DNA of 64,000 bases from assembly GCA_035544015.1 (NCBI GenBank), contig DATKIP010000093.1:65156-129155 (forward strand). Reading direction: 5' to 3'. The notes below the pieces were generated by a model, which was not told where the DNA came from, did not search any database, and saw only the letters and a list, made by a program, of their open reading frames with translations. A program made the translations under genes and the position numbers. How positions within the stretch are numbered: the first letter of the stretch is position 1; every line of letters starts with the position of its first letter. Source of the stretch: Candidatus Saccharimonadia bacterium (GTDB lineage Bacteria; Patescibacteriota; Saccharimonadia; UBA4664). This document shows positions 38,292 to 49,701 of the stretch, in pieces.

Positions 38292-38660
38292 GTGTCGAGG
38301 TTAAGGTTGGCCACCATGGTTGCTTGTGCCGTGCTGCTAGGGGCCGGGTATATCTATCTTAGCCACCTAGACGACAAGGCCTGCAATACCGACCTGTTGT
38401 GGACCAGGGCCAGCGGTCTGTCGTCGGTTGAGTCCAGCAAGCTCCGCCTCACCGTCAGCTCCGACGGCAAGACCATCACCGCCACACCGATCGGCCGTCA
38501 CGTGCTCCGGATCAACCTCTTCAACCTCTACCCCACCGCCGACACCGGCGGCTTCGCCGACAAGCAGCAGATTTCGCCCCGGGTGCACCCGGGCGATTCG
38601 GCGACCATCACCCTCCCGGCCAGCGTGCAAGCCGTTCGCGTATACGGCGCCCTCTGCTAG
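38292..38660 (+). CDS. orphan membrane-anchored small protein (family A)
   Basis: CGAAGGG RBS + GTG; TM; CNTDLLW; terminal Cys. Confidence 0.78.
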   Translation: MSRLRLATMVACAVLLGAGYIYLSHLDDKACNTDLLWTRASGLSSVESSKLRLTVSSDGKTITATPIGRHVLRINLFNLYPTADTGGFADKQQISPRVHPGDSATITLPASVQAVRVYGALC

Positions 38661-38666
38661 CCCACC

Positions 38667-38738
38667 CTCACCTTGGGCTTCGTCCAGGGTGAGCTCACCC
38701 CAAAATAGGTGCGGGCCGGCTACTAGCCGGCCCGCACC
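38667..38738. terminator. double GC hairpin between convergent genes
   Basis: Stems at 38667-38693 and 38708-38738. Confidence 0.6.
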
Positions 38739-38768
38739 CCGAGGCTCAACATTGACCGAGCAGCCGCT

Positions 38769-41708
38769 CTATGGCTTCACTTTGAATGTCAACGGGTCGG
38801 TCGCGTCACTCGTATCGGCGCGCACAAACCAAGTGTGGTTGCCCACCGCCAAGCCGCTGACCACTTTGGATGTCGTGCTGGTGCTACCGCGCAAGATGTT
38901 ATCCACATACAAACTGTACGACGCCGCCCCCGTGGCCGCCCCCCAGGTAAACGTCACCGGTCCGTTATTGACTGAGCTGCCATCGGTCGGCAGCAGTCCC
39001 GTAAAACCACCACCTCCGGCGCCTGTCACATTCACGCTTTGGTCATCGCTGCCCTGATACAGCCCGGCGTCAGTCACCACCGCCTTGAAGGTATGGCTGC
39101 CCGTCACAGTAGGCCCATAGGATACCGGGTACGTTCCCGAACCGTTAATAACCTGGGTCGACACAATCTGATCATCGAAGTAAACCTCGAGCTTATTGGC
39201 GGTAAACAGCCCCGACGTCACCTGTATCTGGAGATTATACGGCCCGCCCCCACCCGCGCCCGTGATAGCCACCACCGGTTTCGCATCGTCGCAATGATGC
39301 GCGTTGTCGCTCTCGGTCGGCAAATCGCCGCCGCTCGTCGAATACCCCGCCTTTTGCAGCGCCGTCAACCAGAGCTGGTATTGCGTGGGGTTTTCGCTTT
39401 TGGTAATTTCAGGCAGAATTGCGCTCGAGTGCACCGTACTCTTGGCGAGATCCGGCGTACACTCAGCCGCCAACTTACCCGACACCGTGTCGATCTGCGC
39501 GCTTTTGCCGCCCGCTGAGCTCATCGGCGTGTACCAGCTGGGAAAAACATCCACAGTAGTATTCTTGGTGCCCGCCGCCACCGCCCGCCCGGTCTCTTTG
39601 TCGAGCGACACCGTCTTGAGCTCCGATGGCTTCGCAAACGCATCGGTAGCCTTGCCCTGCACCACCAGGTTCATGTACTGCTGCCACACCGGCGCCGCCA
39701 CGTTGGCCGCCGCCGAACGCATCGGCGCGTTGTCATTGTTGCCCACCCACACCGCAGCCACTACATCGGGCGTGAAGCCCACGGTCCAGCCATCGTTGAA
39801 GTACTCGGTGGTACCCGTTTTTACCCCCGCGTGCACGCAGTTGGTGTTGCTGTTATTGCCACAAATATTTTTGAGCATCAAGCTGTTGCCAAATACGAAT
39901 TGCTTGGCAACGGTGTCGCTGAGCACATCGGCCATCAAGCCCGCCACCTGCGGGTCGAGCGCCTGCTTGGGCTTCTTGGGCTTGGTGTTGTCTTCCATCA
40001 CGTTGCCCTTTTGGTCTTTCACCATCAGCAGCGGCGTCTGCTCATAGTGCAGGCCCCCGTTGGCAAACGACTCATAGGCGTTTGCCATTTCTATCGGCTT
40101 CACCTCCCCGGTGCCCAGTACGAGCGACAGGCCGTACTGATCGGCCGACTTGAGCGTAGTGATGCCCATCGCTTGAGCGGTCTGGAGCGAGTTGGAAATC
40201 CCGGCCATGGCCAGCGCCTTCACCGCCGGCACGTTGAGCGAACCGGCCAGGGCTTTGCGAATCGTAATGATCCCATTATTTTTGTTATCAAAGTTGTGAG
40301 GGTGATAATCGGGGTTTCCACCAAAGCTGGTCGGCACGTCGTAGATCGTGGTGCCCGGGCCATACGTGGGACAGTCGCGGGTTTTGGCACAGGCCGCATC
40401 CTTGTTTTTGGCAAACAAAGTAGAATACACAATCGGCTTGAAGCTCGAACCCGGCTGCCGCAGCGAGGTAGCCACGTTGAATTGGCCGCTGTTGGGATCA
40501 TTGAAGTCGTGCGAGCCGATCATGGCCAACATGTGGCCGCTCTTCGGATCGGTTGATACCAGCGCCGCATTTGAACCCCCCAGCGCTTTTATATTCCCCA
40601 TATTGTCGGCAATCGCCTTGCAGCCGGCAATTTGCTTATCGTAATCGAGCGTGGTGCGCACATTGAGCCCGCCTTCGGTGACCGTAGCTGTCCCATATTT
40701 GTTCTCCAAAACGTCTTGGGTGTAGAGCACAAAGTGGGCCAGGCAGGGGTCGAGGTTGGCATACAGATTCTGAACATGCGAAATCTTGGTAGACGTCGTC
40801 GCTAGGTCGGCCACGGTCCACTTGGCCGCATCCGCCTCGGCGCGGGTCGCGTAGCCCTGCTCTACCATCAGGTCGAGCACGATATGCTGGCGGTCGATGA
40901 GCTCCTGCTGGTGTGTGCCAAAGGGCGAAAAGTACGATGGGGCGTTCAGAATAGCCGCCAGCAACGCCGACTGGTCCAGTTTCAGATTTTTGGCGCAATG
41001 CTGGTCTTTGTCGGCCGTATCGATATCCATGGGGAAAAAGGTCTTGCACGCACTCTCGATCCCATAGGCGCGGTTGCCAAACGGAATTTCGTTCATATAA
41101 AACGCCAAAATGTCATTCTTCGAGAAGCGCGCCCCAATTTCGATCGACAAAATTAGCTCTTTAATTTTGCGCGAGAAGCTGTGGTCGGCCGGGTCGAGCA
41201 GAGCATTCTTAACGTATTGCTGCGTGATAGTAGACCCACCCTGATGCGTGCTGCGGCTCATGAGGTCAGCGAACCCAGCCCGCAAATACCCCACGAAACT
41301 AAAGGCCCCGTGGCGGTAAAAATCTTTGTCTTCTATGGCGATGGTGGCGTTTTTGGCCACCGCCGGAATTTGGTCAAACGAGATAATGCTGCGGTTTTGA
41401 TCACCATAAAGCTCATAAATGAGCTTGTTGCCGGTAGAGTCATAAAATTTCGTCGTCTGGGCGGTCACCCGGGCATTAATCTTGCCCGGCGTCGGCAGAT
41501 CCTTGGCAAACCACAAAAACACCAAAAAAATAAACAGCACACCGGCGCCGGCCAATTTGGCCACCCGCCGCAAGCCGTCGCGGCTCAGCCAATAAGCCTT
41601 GAACCGGCTGGGCGTAAACGAGAGGAAGAAATTTTTGATATGGTTTTTCGCGCCGCGAGTGTTGTCTTGAGACGGCTTAGCGGGCTTGCGGACATGTCGT
41701 TTGGCCAT
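38769..41708 (-). CDS. class A penicillin-binding protein with C-terminal beta-rich (Ig/FN3-like) domains
   Basis: ED..FY.H, GGSTITQQ, RKIKE; SSFK, SLN, KTG. Confidence 0.95.
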   Translation of the reverse strand: MAKRHVRKPAKPSQDNTRGAKNHIKNFFLSFTPSRFKAYWLSRDGLRRVAKLAGAGVLFIFLVFLWFAKDLPTPGKINARVTAQTTKFYDSTGNKLIYELYGDQNRSIISFDQIPAVAKNATIAIEDKDFYRHGAFSFVGYLRAGFADLMSRSTHQGGSTITQQYVKNALLDPADHSFSRKIKELILSIEIGARFSKNDILAFYMNEIPFGNRAYGIESACKTFFPMDIDTADKDQHCAKNLKLDQSALLAAILNAPSYFSPFGTHQQELIDRQHIVLDLMVEQGYATRAEADAAKWTVADLATTSTKISHVQNLYANLDPCLAHFVLYTQDVLENKYGTATVTEGGLNVRTTLDYDKQIAGCKAIADNMGNIKALGGSNAALVSTDPKSGHMLAMIGSHDFNDPNSGQFNVATSLRQPGSSFKPIVYSTLFAKNKDAACAKTRDCPTYGPGTTIYDVPTSFGGNPDYHPHNFDNKNNGIITIRKALAGSLNVPAVKALAMAGISNSLQTAQAMGITTLKSADQYGLSLVLGTGEVKPIEMANAYESFANGGLHYEQTPLLMVKDQKGNVMEDNTKPKKPKQALDPQVAGLMADVLSDTVAKQFVFGNSLMLKNICGNNSNTNCVHAGVKTGTTEYFNDGWTVGFTPDVVAAVWVGNNDNAPMRSAAANVAAPVWQQYMNLVVQGKATDAFAKPSELKTVSLDKETGRAVAAGTKNTTVDVFPSWYTPMSSAGGKSAQIDTVSGKLAAECTPDLAKSTVHSSAILPEITKSENPTQYQLWLTALQKAGYSTSGGDLPTESDNAHHCDDAKPVVAITGAGGGGPYNLQIQVTSGLFTANKLEVYFDDQIVSTQVINGSGTYPVSYGPTVTGSHTFKAVVTDAGLYQGSDDQSVNVTGAGGGGFTGLLPTDGSSVNNGPVTFTWGAATGAASYSLYVDNILRGSTSTTSKVVSGLAVGNHTWFVRADTSDATDPLTFKVKP

Positions 41709-41796
41709 AATATGCGTTTTTCACCTATTCGAATAATACCGGCTTATTATACCACTCTCGCTCGCTAGCGCCCCCTCATGCTACACTACGTGCCAT

Positions 41797-42969
41797 ATGG
41801 AAGAATTACTCAGCCGCGGCGTCGATCAGATCGTGGGACGGGCCGAACTAGACCAGGCGCTGGCCAGCGACCGTAAACTTCGCATCAAATTCGGCGTCGA
41901 TCCTACGCGCCCCGATCTGCACATCGGCCACGCTGTAGCCCTGCGCAAACTCCGCGCGTTCCAGGAACTCGGCCACACCGTTATATTCCTGATCGGCGAT
42001 TACACCACCAAAATCGGCGATCCCTCGGGCAAAAACAAAACCCGGCCGATGCTCTCGGGGGCCGAAATCGCCGCCAACGTCAAAACCTATCTCGATCAGG
42101 TCGGCCTCATCCTCGACGTCAAAAAAGCCGAAATCCGCTACAACAGCGAATGGCTGAGCAAACTCAGCTTCGGCGACCTCGTCGGCCTCGCCTCCAACGT
42201 GAGCGTGGCCCAAATTATCGAGCGCGACGACTTCAAAAACCGCCTCGACGCGGGCATTGAGCTCGCGCTCCACGAGCTGCTCTACCCGCTCATGCAGGCC
42301 TACGACTCCGTGGCGCTCGAAGCCGACGTCGAGTTTGGCGGCACCGACCAGCTCTTCAACCTGCTCACCGGCCGATCACTCCAAAAAAAGCTCGGCCAAG
42401 CCCCGCAAATCGTATTCACCACCGAGCTGCTGGTGGGCCTCGACGGTACCAACAAGATGAGCAAAAGCCTCGACAACTATGTGGCCGTCACCGATGAGCC
42501 CACAGATATGTACGGCAAAATTATGAGCCTGCCCGATAACCTCATCGCGCCATACTACAAGCTCTGCACCGAAATTGAGCTCGCCATTATCGATGAGCTA
42601 GTGAAAACCCTGGCCGGCGGCGCCAATCCCCGCGACGCCAAGGCCTCGCTAGCCCGCGAAATTGTGCGCATCTACCACGGCGAAGCCGCCGCGCTGAAGG
42701 CCGAAGCCAGCTGGAACGCCACCTACCGCGACAAAAAAGGGCCCAGCGACGAGCAGATCGAAACTCTGAAAATCCATGCTCACGATTCCGCCACCGTTAT
42801 CGATTTGCTGCCGCAGCTCCAGATCGTCCCATCTCGCAGCGAGGTTCGTCGGCTTATTAGTTCCGCCGGCATCCGCGTGAATGGCGAAGTCGTCACCGAT
42901 GAGACCCTCACGCTCAAGCGCGAAGATCTCTTGCAGGTTGGCAAACGCCGCTTCTTTAAGCTTGATTAG
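41797..42969 (+). CDS. tyrS: tyrosyl-tRNA synthetase
   Basis: HIGH; YPLMQAYD; GGTDQ; KMSKS; S4 domain. Confidence 0.97.
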   Translation: MEELLSRGVDQIVGRAELDQALASDRKLRIKFGVDPTRPDLHIGHAVALRKLRAFQELGHTVIFLIGDYTTKIGDPSGKNKTRPMLSGAEIAANVKTYLDQVGLILDVKKAEIRYNSEWLSKLSFGDLVGLASNVSVAQIIERDDFKNRLDAGIELALHELLYPLMQAYDSVALEADVEFGGTDQLFNLLTGRSLQKKLGQAPQIVFTTELLVGLDGTNKMSKSLDNYVAVTDEPTDMYGKIMSLPDNLIAPYYKLCTEIELAIIDELVKTLAGGANPRDAKASLAREIVRIYHGEAAALKAEASWNATYRDKKGPSDEQIETLKIHAHDSATVIDLLPQLQIVPSRSEVRRLISSAGIRVNGEVVTDETLTLKREDLLQVGKRRFFKLD

Positions 42970-42992
42970 GCCGGTCGCGACCGATTACATAG

Positions 42993-43098
42993 CACTATTC
43001 CAGAAACTGGAATAGTTGGAAGGTTACCACTAAATTATGGCTTGATATAGGGTTTATTTCGATCACCAGAGCTCACTATTCCAGAAAGTGGACTAGTG
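42993..43098. repeat. twin 23-bp palindrome module
   Basis: CACTATTCCAGAAACTGGAATAGT (42993) and CACTATTCCAGAAAGTGGACTAGT (43074), 22/24 identical, 81 bp apart. Confidence 0.88.
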
Positions 43099-43174
43099 TC
43101 GCCAGCACGGCATGTCCCGGATTCGCGAAAGCACAAGCGCCACCCGCCCCGACCAGATTTGCTACACTACTCAA

Positions 43175-45247
<2,073 letters not shown>

Positions 45248-45256
45248 GAAGGCATC

Positions 45257-46096
45257 ATGTACGCAGGCTTCATCAGCCCCAAACGAGTCGTAAAATCCGC
45301 CGGCATTCATCAGCGTCTCGACAGCGCCGCCTACAAAATGATCGCCCACTACCTCCCCGACGACGCCTTCCCTGAGCTCTCGGCAATTTTGAGCTTCGAA
45401 GGCTACAATGGACCCGATGGACTCAACTCCAAAATTGGCCTGCGGCCCAAGGGCAGCGACCCCACGGGGCAAGACAACCACAATCCCAGCCACCTGTACG
45501 ATCCCGTGAGCGATTCTGGCGAAGTGCCAATGCACATCGCTACGCACTACCGCGGGCTCGTGGAGTGCCTGGGCAGCGGCGACATGATCCGGGCTGCATT
45601 CGAGGCCGCCTGGCTGGCCCATTACGTGGGTGACGGCCTCACGCCGGCGCATCACTTCCCGCTCGAAGACAAAATTGCCGAAGCCGCTGCCAAGGCCTCG
45701 CGAGATCTCGAAGCCGGGCGTTTCAGCCAATTTGCCGGCAAGATTCGCAAAAACTGGGATATTTGGGGTGCCAAGGGCCACATGACAACGCACCAAAACT
45801 TCGAACTCGGCATTGCTTTTGCCCTGCTGGTATTTCCTATCAAGCCCCAATTTGACGACCAAGAGCTCGGCCGCGCCCGCCAGCTGGGACCCGTGGAATA
45901 TTTCAAAAACGAAGCCCGCGAAATTGCCGAGCTCGATCTGTACGACCGCTTCTACAAAGAGGGCTGGAACAACGACATCGCCTCCATGATCAAGCGCGTG
46001 CTCGCGCCCAAAGCCGCGCGCACCATCGGCCTCATCTGGCTGCTGGCGCTGCTCGAAGCCGGCCAGCGCATGGTGACGGCCGAGCCGCCGGCATGA
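45257..46096 (+). CDS. hypothetical protein, Zn-phospholipase C/S1-P1-like fold (putative)
   Basis: H, GPD, HLYDP, AHY..D..TPAH, H..FE spacing. Confidence 0.6.
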   Translation: MYAGFISPKRVVKSAGIHQRLDSAAYKMIAHYLPDDAFPELSAILSFEGYNGPDGLNSKIGLRPKGSDPTGQDNHNPSHLYDPVSDSGEVPMHIATHYRGLVECLGSGDMIRAAFEAAWLAHYVGDGLTPAHHFPLEDKIAEAAAKASRDLEAGRFSQFAGKIRKNWDIWGAKGHMTTHQNFELGIAFALLVFPIKPQFDDQELGRARQLGPVEYFKNEAREIAELDLYDRFYKEGWNNDIASMIKRVLAPKAARTIGLIWLLALLEAGQRMVTAEPPA

Positions 46097-46644
46097 AAAT
46101 CCTGGCCGGCTCCCTCGGCGGCCGCTTCATTGCTCAGCCACCCAGCCGCAGCGTGCGCCCGCTGTCCGAAAAGGTGCGGGGGGCGCTGTTCGACATCGTC
46201 GGCGACATCACGGGCTTCACGGTACTCGACGCCTACGCCGGCTCCGGCGCCGCCGGCTTCGAGGCCACCAGCCGCGGCGCCACGCTCGTAGACGCCATCG
46301 AGGCCAATGCTCGGGTGGCGCGCACCATCCAATCCAACGCTGCCGCCCTCGGCCTCGATTGGGGCTACGTGCTGCACCAGCTCACGGTCGAAACCTGGCT
46401 CGCTTCGCCCGCGCAGCAACCGTCGGCGCCGCGCTACGGCCTCATCATCGCCGACCCGCCCTACGCCCAGCTCGATCCCGATGTCATCGCCCGACTCGCC
46501 GCCTACCTGGCGTCGGGCGGCATTTTAGCGCTATCGCATTCCAGCAAGCTCACCTCACCGAGCATCGAACCCCTCCGCCTTGTCAAATCCAAAACCTACG
46601 GCGACACGGCGTTGAGTTTCTACGCGCTCCCGAATAGCACGTAG
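46093..46644 (+). CDS. rsmD: 16S rRNA m2G966 methyltransferase
   Basis: RP...KVR.ALF; LDAYAGSG..GFEA.SRGA; DPPY; YGDT. Confidence 0.92.
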   Translation: MKILAGSLGGRFIAQPPSRSVRPLSEKVRGALFDIVGDITGFTVLDAYAGSGAAGFEATSRGATLVDAIEANARVARTIQSNAAALGLDWGYVLHQLTVETWLASPAQQPSAPRYGLIIADPPYAQLDPDVIARLAAYLASGGILALSHSSKLTSPSIEPLRLVKSKTYGDTALSFYALPNST

Positions 46645-46690
46645 TGAAAATTTACTACCATTCGAGGTATGTACCAAAAAGGTAGTAAAA
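46641..46690. repeat. palindrome plus repeated half-site
   Basis: GTAGTGAAAATTTACTAC (46641-46658) and GGTAGTAAAA (46681). Confidence 0.5.
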
Positions 46691-46751
46691 CACACAAGAG
46701 GCTCACCCCAACTTGCGCAAACGCGCCCCGTAGCTTAGCTTTAGAGAGCAC

Positions 46752-46837
46752 GCGGATGTGGTGGAATGGTAGACACGCTAGCCTTAGGAGCTAGTGGGGG
46801 CAACCCCGTGAAGGTTCAAGTCCTTTCATCCGCACCA
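46752..46837 (+). tRNA. tRNA-Leu (anticodon TAG)
   Basis: GCGGATG/CATCCGC acceptor stem, CTAGC-CTTAGGA-GCTAG anticodon arm, long variable arm, GTTCAAGT T-loop, encoded CCA. Confidence 0.97.
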
Positions 46838-46921
46838 ATGCAATTATTCGCCGCCCGTGCCTTGTGTCCTGCCACCTCCCAGCCTATGCTTAATGCAAGA
46901 CTAGAAAGGCATCCGCAGCAC

Positions 46922-47302
46922 ATGCAAAAAATCCTGCTCGTCGAAGACGACCCTCTCATTTATCGCCTCTACCAAAAGGTTTTCGCCCTCGAAGGCTTCG
47001 AAGTGCAGCTGGCTGAAAACGGCCAGTCGGCGCTCGATCAGCTCAAAACCTTTCACCCCGACATCATCTTGCTCGATATCATGATGCGCGCCATGAACGG
47101 TCTGGAGGTGCTCGACAAACTAGGAGCCGACCCCACAACCGCCACGATCCCGGTGCTCGTGCTCACCAACATATCCGACACCCGCATCACCCAGCGCGCC
47201 ACCGAAAAAGGTGCCGCCGCCGTGATGATCAAAAGCGAATCAGAGCCAGACGCCGTGATCGCGATGGTGCGGAGCATCCTGGCCAAGCCCGCCGGGCAAT
47301 AG
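46922..47302 (+). CDS. single-domain response regulator
   Basis: LLVEDD, LLDIMM, LTN, K; no output domain. Confidence 0.92.
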   Translation: MQKILLVEDDPLIYRLYQKVFALEGFEVQLAENGQSALDQLKTFHPDIILLDIMMRAMNGLEVLDKLGADPTTATIPVLVLTNISDTRITQRATEKGAAAVMIKSESEPDAVIAMVRSILAKPAGQ

Positions 47303-47313
47303 CCCTTACCGCG

Positions 47314-48582
47314 ATGCCAGAAACGTACCATCAGCAGCTGCGCCGCCAAATCAACGAAGCCCTGGGCGCAGATGCCAAGCTTCCGGCCGACCTGCAGAAG
47401 TTGCTGCACCACATCAGCGACACCTACAGCCAATTTGACGCCGAGCGAGCTCAGGCCCAAACCACCATCAAGCTCCGAACCGAGCAGCTCATGGCCTCCA
47501 CTTCTCGGGCATACTCGTTTCTTGATAGCCTGCACAGGGGATTCATCATGTGCGACGTCAATCCCGAAGTGGTCCTCACCAATCTCTCGGTGCGCGCGAT
47601 GTTGTCTGCCGACGAACCCCCGTCGCCATCCGGGGCCAACCGCGAGTGGACGCTCGCCGCAATCGATACCCTCTTGCAGCCCGCCTTGCACCTCAAAGAC
47701 CTCATTCGAGCCAGCCTCGCGTCAAACCAACCCCGCGAATTCAAAGAAGTTAGCTTTGGCAAGCGCGTTCTGCGGTTGTTCATCGCCCCCATGATCAACG
47801 AAGTAAACGGCGACCAACAACCAATCGGGGCAGTGATACTCGTGGAGGACATCACCGAGCAGAAGGTATTGGATCGCTCCAAAGACGAATTCTTTTCCAT
47901 TGCCTCCCACGAACTGCGCACCCCGCTCACCGCCATTCGCGGCAATGCCTCGGTCATCAAAAAATACTATGCCGAAAGCCTCAAAGACCCCAGCCTCGTC
48001 GAAATGATCGACGATATTCACGAATCATCCGTGCGCCTCATCGAGATCGTCAACGATTTCCTCAACGTTTCGGCTCTCGAGCAAGGCAAAATCCAAATGA
48101 ACCCCGAGGCGTTGGCGCTGGCTGATGCCGTCAGTGAAGTCACCCGCGAGCTTCAGGCTTTGAGTGACGCCAAAGGCCTTGCCCTGGTCGTCGACCCGAG
48201 TGTTCCAGCCGCACCATTGGTAACCGCCGATAAACAGCGCATCAAACAAGTCATATACAACCTCATCGGCAACGCCATCAAATTTACCGACCAGGGCAGC
48301 ATCACCGCCACGGCGCGGGCCGACCAAAACTTCGTTTACTGCACCGTTACCGACACCGGTCACGGCATGCCGCCCGAAAGTCACCGGCTGCTGTTTCGCA
48401 AATTCCAGCAGGCCGGCAGTAGCCTGCTGACCCGCGACAATACCAAGGGCACTGGTCTGGGCCTCTATATATCCAAGCTTATCGTGGAGCTTTCGGGGGG
48501 CAAGATCGAGCTGGAGCACTCTGAGGTGGGCAAAGGCAGTGCATTTACGTTTAGCCTGCCGCGCGCCGCTTCCAGACAATAA
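47314..48582 (+). CDS. cytoplasmic sensor histidine kinase (PAS-like, HisKA, HATPase)
   Basis: SHELRTPL; NL..NA.KF; D.G.G; GTGLGL. Confidence 0.95.
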   Translation: MPETYHQQLRRQINEALGADAKLPADLQKLLHHISDTYSQFDAERAQAQTTIKLRTEQLMASTSRAYSFLDSLHRGFIMCDVNPEVVLTNLSVRAMLSADEPPSPSGANREWTLAAIDTLLQPALHLKDLIRASLASNQPREFKEVSFGKRVLRLFIAPMINEVNGDQQPIGAVILVEDITEQKVLDRSKDEFFSIASHELRTPLTAIRGNASVIKKYYAESLKDPSLVEMIDDIHESSVRLIEIVNDFLNVSALEQGKIQMNPEALALADAVSEVTRELQALSDAKGLALVVDPSVPAAPLVTADKQRIKQVIYNLIGNAIKFTDQGSITATARADQNFVYCTVTDTGHGMPPESHRLLFRKFQQAGSSLLTRDNTKGTGLGLYISKLIVELSGGKIELEHSEVGKGSAFTFSLPRAASRQ

Positions 48583-48594
48583 ATCCCAAAAGAC

Positions 48595-48636
48595 GCTCGC
48601 CGAGGCAACGGTATCCAAAACCGCGCCTCGGCGAGC
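48595..48636. terminator. hairpin between convergent genes
   Basis: 12-bp stem GCTCGCCGAGGC/GCCTCGGCGAGC. Confidence 0.6.
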
Positions 48637-48685
48637 ATTGGCGTGGATCGCGCACGTCCTAGCCGCCCACGATCCGCCCTAGCGT

Positions 48686-49483
48686 TCAGCCCGCCACCAT
48701 GGCGATGATCGAATAGAAATCCCGCCAGTTCAGTACCAGCGAGGCCTCGCTATCGCTCAAATTCGGCTGGCTGCGCACCGTAGTGTTGCGCCACCCCCGC
48801 AAAGGGGTCAGCAGCCGAGCCCCCCAACCCCGGCGTCCAACCACTTTTTGGCTAGCCTCCACATGTGTGCGCCAAACGATGACGAGCCGTAGACACGCCA
48901 GTGCTACCTGCGCTGCCAGGCTAACCCCGCTAAATCCCGCCGAACCCGCCAGCGCGAAGTGCCCGGCTTGAATGTACTGCGGCGCCACCTTAAATCCTGT
49001 TGCGCTCGTAATGCGTGCCCTGCGCGCCGCCACCGCGGGCAATTCCCGGCTTCGGTGCTTCTCGAGCCAGGCGCCCGTCACGAACGCGGCGGCTATGCTC
49101 ACCAGCACGCCGTCGGCCGGATGCAGTCGGGCTCCATATTGCGCCAGAAAGATCGTAGCGACAGTATTGTAGATGGTTATGAACCCGAACATCATAAACT
49201 GCACTCGCAGCAGATGTCGCGTCCGAAAGCGCGCCTCTGCCTCCACGCGGGCGGACTGCCGCCAAACCCCGGGATATAGTGAAGCTTGCACGATGGCAAA
49301 CCCCTCGCCGATCAAGATGTAGCTATAGAGAACTCCTTCGGTTGATGCGCGGATTCGAGTTAGCTGGGCTACTTCATAGGTGAGGGCAAGGACTACGCAA
49401 AGGCCAGGAACGATGAGCATCTCCCATCGATGCCGCCACAAAATATGCCGCCACGAAGCCGGAGGCTGTGCAGTCAGAATCAT
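48686..49483 (-). CDS. orphan multi-pass membrane protein
   Basis: TAAGGAG RBS; 4-6 hydrophobic segments. Confidence 0.6.
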   Translation of the reverse strand: MILTAQPPASWRHILWRHRWEMLIVPGLCVVLALTYEVAQLTRIRASTEGVLYSYILIGEGFAIVQASLYPGVWRQSARVEAEARFRTRHLLRVQFMMFGFITIYNTVATIFLAQYGARLHPADGVLVSIAAAFVTGAWLEKHRSRELPAVAARRARITSATGFKVAPQYIQAGHFALAGSAGFSGVSLAAQVALACLRLVIVWRTHVEASQKVVGRRGWGARLLTPLRGWRNTTVRSQPNLSDSEASLVLNWRDFYSIIAMVAG

Positions 49484-49701
49484 CGCGAACTACGCTCCTT
49501 AAAATGGAGGTGGATGGGGGAGGGTACGCGGACTGGTGAAAGCCCCAGGCATTATAAAAACCAGCGAATCGATATTCAACTCAATCTACAAAAAATCTTT
49601 TTGCACCATCTTATCGCCATCCGTTGGGCCACGTAGACACCGACTCCACCATTTCTATACGATAAAACCGTTAAGAAATTATTAAGAAAAGGAGTCTCAT
49701 C

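Noticed and set aside
42993-43098. CRISPR array
   Set aside because: Only two repeats, a long spacer and no cas genes; kept as a twin palindrome
46766-46921. N-terminal extension of the response regulator
   Set aside because: Overlaps tRNA-Leu; the start at 46922 follows GAAAGG
49636-49651. tmRNA/tRNA-like 3' end (CTCCACCA)
   Set aside because: No T-arm or matching 5' acceptor strand
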